NCBI GenBank assembly: GCA_038231135.1
Contig: JBBRLX010000001.1
Location: forward strand, 32,001 to 96,000
Length of the DNA stretch: 64,000 nucleotides
Source: Candidatus Eiseniibacteriota bacterium
GTDB lineage: Bacteria > Eisenbacteria > RBG-16-71-46
Reading direction: 5' to 3'
Part shown: positions 7,365-16,145 of the stretch, piece after piece
Layout of the letters: each line of letters opens with the position of its first letter
Position numbering within the stretch: position 1 is the stretch's first letter
Position numbers and translations under genes: made by a program
The notes under the pieces: generated by a model
Seen by the model: only the letters and a program-made list of their open reading frames with translations
Told to the model about the DNA's origin: nothing
Databases searched by the model: none

Positions 7365-9782
7365 CTACGGCCTTTGCCGAGCCGCACTCAACCGAATCTG
7401 ATAGTCCGGTTGCCGGGTCAGGCCGGAGGCTCCGGGCCAGCGCGACAGGTCCTCCAGCAGGTCGCGGGGCGCGGCGGCGAGCGCACGGATCGCACGGTCG
7501 TGCTGCCCGAGCGCATCATAGGTGAGGGCGGCCGACCACATCACATCCCCGAGTGCCGGCGAGGAGCGGAGCGCCTGTTCGACCTCGACGTCCGCCCGTC
7601 TCGCATCCCCGAGTCGGGCGCAGAGGTAGCCGAGGAAGCCCCGGAAGTACCCTCGATCCGGAGAGCTGGCGACGGCATTCTCGACCATCGTGAAGCTGTG
7701 TTCGTATGCGGCCCGAGACTCCGCGGCGTCGCCCAGGCGCAGATGACAGTCGCCCAGGTAGAGCCAGGTGAGGAACTCGGAGGAATCCCGTATCGCGGCG
7801 CGGCGCAGGAATGGAATCGCATCGCGCTCACGGGATTGGTACATGAGCACTTGTCCAAGCGACAGCAGCGCGCTCGGATCATCACGCTGCTCGAGCGCCA
7901 GGCGGAGCTCGCGTTCGGCATCGGCGAAGCGCCCCACATTCATGAGGGCGTTGGCCAGGACCGCACGCACGCGGGTCACCGTCGGAGCCAGCGCCACGGC
8001 CTTCCGGAGTTCGGGAATGGCGTCGTTGTAGGCGCCCTGGCTGAAGTACCAGCTCCCGAGATCCTGATGGGTGCGATAGTAGGCCGGCTCCACCTCGACC
8101 GCCTTGCGCAACGCCGCGATCGCCAGGTCCAGTTGATTGTCTCGCCGGTAGGCTTCGCCCAGCCGCCGCCACGCATCCGAATTGGTCGACGGCAGTTCGG
8201 TGGCCCGCTCGTAGCGGACGATCGCCGGGGCGAACCGGCCATCGTTTGCTTCGAGCAATCCGGCGATGCGGTGCACTTCGGGCGTGTCCTGTGCGCGCAG
8301 TTCCGCGCGTCGCACGGATTCCTTGCAGCGCGCGAACCACGTGGTGTCCTGGGTGAGGTAGTACCTGCGCCACTCGGCTTCGGCCTGTCCCGCCCACGGC
8401 AGCGGCGAGCCGGGTTCCGCCGCGGCCGCATGCTTCATGAGCGCCAACGCCTCGTCGAGGCGGTCGTCGTCGCGAAGCAGCGGCAGCGCTGATTCATAGA
8501 TCCGCCGAGCCTCCGGGCGGTTCATTCGTAACGTCGTGGGATCGGGCATCAGGTGCAGCGCGGCACTCACCACCGACGCCGCGGCGACACTCGCGAATGG
8601 CAGCTCATCGGGCGCGTAGTCGCCTTCCCATCGTGTCAGCGTCTGCTGTGATCCGGTTGCGAGCAATTGCACATGCAACCCGTGACTCGTGGTCGTCGAA
8701 TCCATCACGACCCGCAACTGATGCGTCGCACCCACCATCGAATGCGTAATGTGGAACGCGCGCTGCCGGGTGCCTCGAAGCGCCTGCAGGGCGCCACGCA
8801 GGTCCAGCGTGGACGACACGGCCAGGTGCACGGTCTCGGGCGGCGCATTCACGCGCCAGTACGCGACCGAGGCGGTGAGGATCACGGCCCCGAGCGCACT
8901 CAACACCAGCACTCGCCGGCGGCGCGGAGGGTCGAGTGCGCGCTGCAGCGCGGGCACGTCGGCGAAGCGCTCGCGCGGATCCATGGCGAGGCAGCGTTTC
9001 ACGATTGCATCCCAGCGCCCGCCGGGCGGGCTGCGTCTGGCGGGAGACCCCGCGGTTCCGGATCGGGCGGGCGTCGAACCACTCGCGGCAACGGTCACGG
9101 TCGAGGCCGCTTCGAGCGCCCGGAGTTCCTTTGAGCTCGAGAGCAGCCTTTGAAGGACGACGCCGAACGCATAGATATCCGATGCAACCGATATCGATGC
9201 GCCCGTGAGCAGTTCGGGCGCCATGTAACCTGGCGTGCCCCCCGAACTCCCGTCCTGCCGCGGGCCCTGCGCCAGTCCGAAGTCCGTGATCACCGCTCGA
9301 GCCGCGCCGTCGGCCGTCGGCGCCAGCAGGATGTTGTTGGGCTTGAGGTCGCCGTGCACGACACGGCAGCGATGCGCCTCGGCCAGCCCCGCGCAGATCT
9401 GCAGGGCGATGCTGCGCGCCTCCTCGTTGCGCATCGGGGCGCGTGCCAGGCGTTGCGCGAGCGTCTCGCCCTCGAGAAACTCCATGGTGATGAAGTCCAC
9501 GTCACCGGCGGGCGTGTGCGCGGAATGAATCTCGAAGATCTTGCACACGTTCGGGTGGCTCACCGAACTGGCGTTGCGGACCTCGGGTGAGAGCAGTCGC
9601 CCCAGCCCGAATCGCGCCACCTTCAGCGCGATGCGGCGGTCGAGCTTTTCGTCGTACGCTTCGTATACGATGCCCATTCCGCCGTGCGCAAGCTCACGCG
9701 TGATCCGGAAACGACCTGCCAGCAGTGCTCCGGGAGCGAAGTGATCGGGAGACTCGCGTGTTCCTGCCGGATCGTCATGCAT
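7365..9782 (-). CDS. Hanks-type Ser/Thr protein kinase with a TM helix and C-terminal TPR array
   Basis: GGMGIVY, IALK, HGDLKPNN, DFGLA, GTPGYMAPE; RRRRVLVLSALGAVILTASVAYW TM segment; several TPRs; start set at MHDD (9782). Confidence 0.92.
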   Translation of the reverse strand: MHDDPAGTRESPDHFAPGALLAGRFRITRELAHGGMGIVYEAYDEKLDRRIALKVARFGLGRLLSPEVRNASSVSHPNVCKIFEIHSAHTPAGDVDFITMEFLEGETLAQRLARAPMRNEEARSIALQICAGLAEAHRCRVVHGDLKPNNILLAPTADGAARAVITDFGLAQGPRQDGSSGGTPGYMAPELLTGASISVASDIYAFGVVLQRLLSSSKELRALEAASTVTVAASGSTPARSGTAGSPARRSPPGGRWDAIVKRCLAMDPRERFADVPALQRALDPPRRRRVLVLSALGAVILTASVAYWRVNAPPETVHLAVSSTLDLRGALQALRGTRQRAFHITHSMVGATHQLRVVMDSTTTSHGLHVQLLATGSQQTLTRWEGDYAPDELPFASVAAASVVSAALHLMPDPTTLRMNRPEARRIYESALPLLRDDDRLDEALALMKHAAAAEPGSPLPWAGQAEAEWRRYYLTQDTTWFARCKESVRRAELRAQDTPEVHRIAGLLEANDGRFAPAIVRYERATELPSTNSDAWRRLGEAYRRDNQLDLAIAALRKAVEVEPAYYRTHQDLGSWYFSQGAYNDAIPELRKAVALAPTVTRVRAVLANALMNVGRFADAERELRLALEQRDDPSALLSLGQVLMYQSRERDAIPFLRRAAIRDSSEFLTWLYLGDCHLRLGDAAESRAAYEHSFTMVENAVASSPDRGYFRGFLGYLCARLGDARRADVEVEQALRSSPALGDVMWSAALTYDALGQHDRAIRALAAAPRDLLEDLSRWPGASGLTRQPDYQIRLSAARQRP

Positions 9783-10201
9783 GGATCCAGTTTCGCCCCC
9801 GAGATGGCCGCGCCCAGCACGCTGCGAGACTCTGCGATAGTCCGTGAGCGCTTTGGCGGGTGTCAACCGAAGCAATGCCCCGGATTCGGATCGCAGGGCC
9901 AAGTCGCTGCCACCGGCGTGGAGCCGCCGGCGAGCGGCGCGAGCAAGGCCGCTGACCTCCTCACGATGGGTCAGGGGAACAACGCCACCGAGGCGAGATC
10001 CTACCGTTTGCAGGGGTATGGCGCAGCACCGAAATCGCATCGCCACGCATCCACAAGCTCGTTCGCGCGGAGGCTAGAGGACGTTCAGGCCGGGAGGTGC
10101 GGACGGAACTCTCTTGCGTTGTGGGTGAAGTCGTACATGTCGGGCGGTTGGAACCCATCCGTCGCACGTAGGTATAGAGCTGTCCGCGGTGGTGGTGTTC
10201 A

Positions 10202-12559
10202 TCAGCGCATGCGCACCATGCGTCGGGCATCGCTCACCCCGCCCGCCTCGAGCCGGCTGAAGTACAGCCCGGCGGCCGTCGCCGCGCCCGCATCGTCGCG
10301 ACCGTCCCAATCGAGCGAGTAGTGACCGGCCTCCTGCACCGTGCCCGCGACCAGCGAGCGCACGAGGCGGCCGCCGATGTCGTAGATGCGCAGCGAAACG
10401 CGGCCACGCTGCGCCAGGTCGTAGGCGAGCGCCGTGCGCGCCTGGAACGGGTTCGGGCGCGCCGCGCGCAGCATCGCATGCAGAGGCACGCCGCCGCCGT
10501 CGACGCCGGCGACATGATTCGAATCGTAGATCGCAGTCGCGAACTCGGGGTGATCGACGAACGGGTTGCGATTGTGCTGGTACTCGTAGATCGCGCCGTT
10601 GCGCACGCGCTCTTTCCAGCTCACGGCGTCGGCGATGCTCCACAGCAAGTACTGGTCGGCCGCCCACGGCAGCATCTGCGACTTGCTGGTCGATGCGCCG
10701 CCCGGCCACGAGGCGTCCTCGTTGAAGTACCGCGTCGAAACATAGAACTGGCTGCGCGACAGGTCGCCCTTGTAGCCGTCGATCGGCTCGAAGCAGGTGC
10801 CGCTGTATCCGGGTGACACGCAGCCGCCGAGCCGGGTGCCGTTCAGCGACGTCCAGGTGGCCGAGCCGACCTTGCCGTACGGGTAGTTGCCGCGCTCGCT
10901 GTTCACCTTGGAATCCGTCGGATAGATGATCCACAAGTCCGAGTACATCGGCAGAATGCTGCCACCGAACCACGATTGCGGAAACGAGTGCTCGCGGTTG
11001 TACGCGATGCCTTCGCTGCCGCCCGAGCCCAGCGGGCCGAACGCGAACTCGTACGGCGGTGTGCCGCCCGGGACGTCGGAGTAGACGTCCCACACCTTGC
11101 CGTCCGGACGCTTGTCGGTGTTCTGGAACGCAGTCGCGGTAAAGCTGTAGGTGAGGGAGGTGTGGGCCTTGATGATGTTGTGAAGCGCGACGCGCAGCGC
11201 CGAACCGCGCAGGCCGATCGCGGAGTCGTAGTAGCCCGCGGGGATCGACACATCGACATAGTGGAAGACGAAGGTCGCATGGTCGGTGAAGTGCGCCATG
11301 AGATCCCCGACGCCATTCACCGTGAGCGTGCGGTCGCCCGCGGGGATGGACCGCACCGTGATCGTCACCTCCGACATCGTAACGGAGTCGCGGACCGCGT
11401 TCACCGTGGTGAGTCCATCGACACTGTAGTTGCCCGGGAGCTGCGAGGTCGAGGGGTCGACCGCGACGCTGAAGAACACCTGCAGCGTCGAATCGCTCGC
11501 TTCGTAGACGGAGGTGATGACCGGCGTCCCCGAGCCGCCACCGCCCGTGCCGGTGACGGCATAATTGAGGACCGGCGACTGCACGGTCACGGAGTCATCG
11601 GCCGCGATGACCTGGTAATAGACGACCGTGCCACCCGTCTGTGCCGGGATGGGCGACGAGGTCTGCCAGAAGTCCCCGCTCGCGGGGGCCATGCTGATGA
11701 TGTTCGGGAGCGACGAGTTACTCGTGCCCCACGCCAGCGAGACGGCGTCGAGCGCGCGCGCGGTGTCGACCACACTGGCCTGGACCGTGACGCCGAGCGT
11801 ATCGAGCGGCACCGACGGGGACGTCGAGAGGTTCGAGATCACCGGGCCCGCGGGGCCGCCGCCCGAACCGATCAAGGTGCCGGTCACCGCGACATTGTCG
11901 ATCGAGGCCTTGGGACGTGCCCCCGAGGAACCAGACGGACCGGTGCCGTTGTAGTCGTAGAAGCGGATGCGCGCGGTCGGGCAATTCGTGAACGCCGCCG
12001 GCAGCGTTATGAGCGAGACGTTCTGCGAGAACGCGACATTGTTCGTAAAGTTGACCACCGAGGCGGCGGACAGTTCGGTGAACGTCGTGCCGTCGATGCT
12101 CGTGTAAACCCGCATCGAACCGTTGCGATTGCCGGTGGTGTTGAACACGGTCGCGAAATCGAAGCTCAGCGTGCCCGCGGTGACGCCGGTGAAGTCGAAC
12201 AACAGGTCGATGGCGTCTGCGTTGATGTTGTCGGTGCCGTTCGTGGACAGCAGCTGGATGTTGCCGGAGCCCTTCTGCACGCCACCCGAAGTCGACGTAA
12301 CGAACGTCGCCGTGCTCACCGTGATCTTGACGCCGTCGGGGATCGTTCCCGTGCCGTTGGTGCCGACGGATGCCCAGTACTGGGCGCCGACACCGGAGGC
12401 GAAATTATTCGTCCAGTTCGCGACGTCGTTGAAGTTCTCGAGGTAGTTGCCACTCGCCATCGGGAACGGAGTGGCGGCGGAGGCCGGTGAAGCGGCTGTC
12501 CCGACGAGCAACACGAGCAGCAACAACGGAGCGGGGAAGGACACGGGGAGCTTGCGCAA
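10202..12559 (-). CDS. Secreted endonuclease I (EndA/Bsn-like beta-beta-alpha nuclease) with Ig-like domains and FlgD-Ig C-terminus
   Basis: YNREHSFPQSWF, VNSERGNYPYG, FEPIDGYKGDLSR, QHNRNPFVDHPE; TTG start after GAAAGG, then a signal peptide. Confidence 0.9.
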   Translation of the reverse strand: MRKLPVSFPAPLLLLVLLVGTAASPASAATPFPMASGNYLENFNDVANWTNNFASGVGAQYWASVGTNGTGTIPDGVKITVSTATFVTSTSGGVQKGSGNIQLLSTNGTDNINADAIDLLFDFTGVTAGTLSFDFATVFNTTGNRNGSMRVYTSIDGTTFTELSAASVVNFTNNVAFSQNVSLITLPAAFTNCPTARIRFYDYNGTGPSGSSGARPKASIDNVAVTGTLIGSGGGPAGPVISNLSTSPSVPLDTLGVTVQASVVDTARALDAVSLAWGTSNSSLPNIISMAPASGDFWQTSSPIPAQTGGTVVYYQVIAADDSVTVQSPVLNYAVTGTGGGGSGTPVITSVYEASDSTLQVFFSVAVDPSTSQLPGNYSVDGLTTVNAVRDSVTMSEVTITVRSIPAGDRTLTVNGVGDLMAHFTDHATFVFHYVDVSIPAGYYDSAIGLRGSALRVALHNIIKAHTSLTYSFTATAFQNTDKRPDGKVWDVYSDVPGGTPPYEFAFGPLGSGGSEGIAYNREHSFPQSWFGGSILPMYSDLWIIYPTDSKVNSERGNYPYGKVGSATWTSLNGTRLGGCVSPGYSGTCFEPIDGYKGDLSRSQFYVSTRYFNEDASWPGGASTSKSQMLPWAADQYLLWSIADAVSWKERVRNGAIYEYQHNRNPFVDHPEFATAIYDSNHVAGVDGGGVPLHAMLRAARPNPFQARTALAYDLAQRGRVSLRIYDIGGRLVRSLVAGTVQEAGHYSLDWDGRDDAGAATAAGLYFSRLEAGGVSDARRMVRMR

Positions 12560-12925
12560 GGGATGGAACCTTTCGGTCTTGGGCTCCGCGCCGCGGACCA
12601 CCGGGCATTTACGGATCGGTGGCTGCGGGAGGAGACGCTTCGGCTGGTGCAAGGGACGGGCCCAGAAGGGGTACCGGATCCCCATAAGAGTAACCCGGAA
12701 TGGACCGCCCGCAAATGGTTTACAGGCACCCGCGAGCCTACAACCCCACCTCACTTTCACCGCATGACGCGGACCCGGAATCCGCTCGCGCTCAGGACCC
12801 GCTCCTTGCCTGGCCGGGAATCTCCGCAGCACGACTCCCACCACTTGGACCTTGACCCCTCGCCCAGTTCGGAGCCACTATTGCGAAAGTCTTGACTTCA
12901 GGGAATCACCCTGGGAACCCCTTAC

Positions 12926-13537
12926 ATGGCCGCCGCCCGCCTTCGTGCCGTTCTACTCGCCGTCATCCTCTGCGCCGTGTGCGTCTCCGCCGCGCAAGCC
13001 ACTGGTGTCATCTGCGGCACCGTGCGTGACGCGATCACGGCTCAGCCCATCGTCGGTGCCGGCATCTTCGTCCGGCAGACCACCGGCCCGTACACGGGGC
13101 TGAACGGCGCGACCGACGCCGCCGGGCATTACTGCATCGGCGGTATTCCGGCGGGCACCTACGATCTCGAAGTGCGTGTCGACGACTACCAGGTCGCCTA
13201 TCGCCGCGGCGTCGTGGTAACCGACCAGACGACGGGTGTGGATGTCGACGCGCATTTCCTCAAGAGCACGCTGTCTCCGCCCTGGCCCAACCCGGCCCGG
13301 AACGGTGTGAGCTTCCGCCTGCGCATTCGTGATGCGGGGACGATCGGGCTCGCGGTGGTCGACTTGAACGGGCGGCTGTTGAAGGGCTGGACCGGACTCG
13401 CCGGTGCCGGTGAGGACCGCACCATCCACTGGGACTTTCGCGACGCCGCCGGACGCACGCTGCCGGCGGGTCGCTACTTCCTGCGACTGAGCGCGGGTGA
13501 TCTCGCGATGATTCGTTCGTTCGTGCGTCTTCCTTAG
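12926..13537 (+). CDS. Secreted carboxypeptidase-regulatory-like domain protein with FlgD-Ig C-terminus
   Basis: Signal peptide; GTVRDAITAQPI.GA, TDAAGHY.I.GIPAGTYDL; PWPNP...DLNGRL...WDFRDAAG...LPAGRYF. Confidence 0.8.
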   Translation: MAAARLRAVLLAVILCAVCVSAAQATGVICGTVRDAITAQPIVGAGIFVRQTTGPYTGLNGATDAAGHYCIGGIPAGTYDLEVRVDDYQVAYRRGVVVTDQTTGVDVDAHFLKSTLSPPWPNPARNGVSFRLRIRDAGTIGLAVVDLNGRLLKGWTGLAGAGEDRTIHWDFRDAAGRTLPAGRYFLRLSAGDLAMIRSFVRLP

Positions 13538-13548
13538 GAGAACCTCCG

Positions 13549-15993
13549 ATGCCCCGCTCCCTGCGAGTCTCGAACCCCCGGTTGTACGCGACGCTCGCAT
13601 GCTCGGTCGCAGTCGTCCTGCTGGCCCTCCAGGCGGGGTGCGGCAGCAACGCCAGGAGCGTGTTCGAGCCGCTCGCCCCGACGCCGACTGGCGCGGTGAT
13701 CGCGGGCTCTGTGCGCGCGCAGGGCGGCGGCGTCCTCCCGGGCGTGGTCGTCACGCTCGAGGCGATCGACGGTGGGTTGTCCGCGAGCGTGTACCGCGCG
13801 ATGCGTGATGTCGCTCCGGCGGCGGCGAGTCTCGGGCGCGGGGGGCGGTTGCCCCTCGTGGGCGCACCGGCGACCACCACCAACGGACGCGCGCCCAGCG
13901 CCGTGCTCGGCACGCCGAGCCGTTCCGCAGTGACCGACTCGCGCGGCGGCTTCGCGTTCGCGGGTGTGGCCTCGGGTGCGTATCTATTGACCGGGATCAC
14001 GCAGAACCACCAGGCGGGAACGGCGCACGCCGACGTTCCGCACATCGAGTCGAGCACGGCCGTCGAGACGACCTTCGTGAACATCTCGATGATGCCGACC
14101 GGCAAGTTCTACGGCAACGTCACGCTCGAGAACGCGACGAACCACCAGAGCACGATCGTCTACGTGGATGGCACCTCGTACCTGGCGGTCACCAACGCGG
14201 CCGGCAATTACCGGATCGAGGGCGTGCCGGTGGGAACGTGGACCGTGCGCGGTACGCATCCGGGTTACCTCGATCGTTCGACGAGCGGATCCATCGCCGC
14301 GGCGGGCGACAGCATCCCGCTCGCCAGCTTCCAGCTGCCGCTCAACTCGAACATCCCGCCGACTGCGGCAGCGAACGCTCCGACTTCGCTGGTCACGCAC
14401 GTGCCGACCAGCTTCTCGGGCTCGGGCGCCGACGACGACGGCACGATCGTGCGCTACGAGTGGGATTTCGAGAACGACGGCACCTTCGACTACTCGAGCC
14501 CGACGTCCGCGAGCACCACGCACGCCTACCCGTCGAACGGCACCTATGTCGCGAAGTTGCGCGTCACCGACAACCAGGGGGCCATCGGGCTCGACGCGAT
14601 CACGTTCACCGTGACGAACGCGGTATTCCTCTCCACCACGGGCGGCGACGCGAACCCCGGCACGTTCGATCAGCCGGTGGCCACGTTCGCCCAGGCGTTC
14701 TCGCTCGCCGCGTCGCAGAACCTGACCAACGTCTACGTGGCCACGGGGACGTACACCGAAGCGCCCGTCTTCCCGGCCGGCCTCGAGATTCGCGGCGGGT
14801 ATACTTCGGGCGCCACGTGGACCCGGACTGCCGGCAACTACAGCATCGTCAACGTGGGCCTGTCCCCGGCGCTGGCATCCGGCGTCAGCAGCGCGACGCT
14901 CGTCAGCGGCCTCGATATTCGCGCCAGCAATCAAATCGCTCCAGGCGCCAGTTCGATCGCGATGCGCGTGCAGAACAGCACCGCGGCCCTGCAGTTCACG
15001 GACTGCAAGTTCTCGGCGGGCAACGGCGGCAATGCCAATAACGGATCCAGCGGCGTCGCCGGCAGCAGTGGCTCCAGTGCCGGCGGTCAGGGGGGCGGCG
15101 TCGGCGGCATTCCCGGTGGCGGCCTGGGAGGCGCGGGCGGGGGCGGTGGCAACTTCGGTTCCGGCGGTGGCAATGGGGGGAATGGCGGGAACTTCTGCGG
15201 CGGCAATAGCGGTGGTTTCGGTGGAAGTGGTTTCTCGTGCTCCCCCGGCGGCGGCGGCGGCAATGGTTTCCCCGGGACCAATTGCGCCCCCGGTGACGGC
15301 CCCAACGGAGCCTCACTCACCGGTGCGGGTACCGTGGTGACCGGAGTGTGGGTCCCCGCCGCGGGCAACTCGGGTGTTCAGGGCGCGGGCGGAGCGGGCG
15401 GCGGTGGCGGCGGTGGCGGCGGCGGCACGACGACTGGATTCCTGTGCGGCAACAACGCGACCGGCGGAGCGGGCGGTGGCGGTGGCGGCGGAGGTGGATT
15501 CGGTACGGGCGGCGTGGGAGGCCAGGGAGGTGGCGCGTCGTTCGCTGTGTTCCTCCTCAACTCGTCTCCCATCTTCAGTGCGTGCTCCTTCACCTCCAAG
15601 TTCGGCGGGGCGGGTGGAATTGGCGGCAACGGTGGCGGATTCGGGCTCGGCGCCAATGGAGCCGGCGGATCCGCCGGCGGCCTCAACGCGGGTTCGGGCG
15701 GGCCTGGCGCCCTGGCCGGAAGGGGAGGCGGTGGTGGCGGCGGCGGTGGCGGGGCGGGCGGCCTGACCGTTTGCGTCGCGAGCGTGGGAGCGTCTTCGCC
15801 GACGCTCACGAGTCCCTCGTACACCGTGGGTCTCGGGGGCTCCGCGGGCAGCGGCGGATTCAACGGCGGCACCGCCACGCAAGCGCCGGCGGGCCCGAAT
15901 GGCACGTCGGCTCAGACGTTGCTGCTTCCGGGTTCCGAACCGGGACTGGTGGGGAGCAGGGTGACGGTGCGGCATGAGGGCAGGAGCCGCTGA
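13549..15993 (+). CDS. Lipoprotein with carboxypeptidase-regulatory-like domains, PKD domain, DUF1565-like segment and Gly-rich (PGRS-like) repeats
   Basis: AGGAG RBS; lipobox LQAG-C; DDDGTIVRYEWDFENDG (PKD); GGDANPGTFDQPVATF; long GGxGGxGG tracts. Confidence 0.8.
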   Translation: MPRSLRVSNPRLYATLACSVAVVLLALQAGCGSNARSVFEPLAPTPTGAVIAGSVRAQGGGVLPGVVVTLEAIDGGLSASVYRAMRDVAPAAASLGRGGRLPLVGAPATTTNGRAPSAVLGTPSRSAVTDSRGGFAFAGVASGAYLLTGITQNHQAGTAHADVPHIESSTAVETTFVNISMMPTGKFYGNVTLENATNHQSTIVYVDGTSYLAVTNAAGNYRIEGVPVGTWTVRGTHPGYLDRSTSGSIAAAGDSIPLASFQLPLNSNIPPTAAANAPTSLVTHVPTSFSGSGADDDGTIVRYEWDFENDGTFDYSSPTSASTTHAYPSNGTYVAKLRVTDNQGAIGLDAITFTVTNAVFLSTTGGDANPGTFDQPVATFAQAFSLAASQNLTNVYVATGTYTEAPVFPAGLEIRGGYTSGATWTRTAGNYSIVNVGLSPALASGVSSATLVSGLDIRASNQIAPGASSIAMRVQNSTAALQFTDCKFSAGNGGNANNGSSGVAGSSGSSAGGQGGGVGGIPGGGLGGAGGGGGNFGSGGGNGGNGGNFCGGNSGGFGGSGFSCSPGGGGGNGFPGTNCAPGDGPNGASLTGAGTVVTGVWVPAAGNSGVQGAGGAGGGGGGGGGGTTTGFLCGNNATGGAGGGGGGGGGFGTGGVGGQGGGASFAVFLLNSSPIFSACSFTSKFGGAGGIGGNGGGFGLGANGAGGSAGGLNAGSGGPGALAGRGGGGGGGGGGAGGLTVCVASVGASSPTLTSPSYTVGLGGSAGSGGFNGGTATQAPAGPNGTSAQTLLLPGSEPGLVGSRVTVRHEGRSR

Positions 15994-16145
15994 TCCACTC
16001 TTCAACCAGCGCTTCAAGTGGTGTCCACGAATCAATGATGATCAGCAGCGCTGTGATCGTTCCCGGTGACCCCCGGGTCGTCGGGCCAACCAAGTGCAGT
16101 CCTCGCGCCGGCCGCCGCCCCCAGCGCCGCGCCTTGGAGCCGCCG

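Noticed and set aside
9783..10046. N-terminal extension of the kinase ORF (and similar extensions on the endonuclease, mtgA, tig, leuB and apgM ORFs)
   Set aside because: Non-protein-like sequence. Downstream starts have better RBS, coupling or domain boundaries, and the tig extension overlaps tRNA-Leu.
15010..15900. PE_PGRS gene or DNA repeat array
   Set aside because: No PE domain; the repetitiveness is explained by Gly codons in a lipoprotein.
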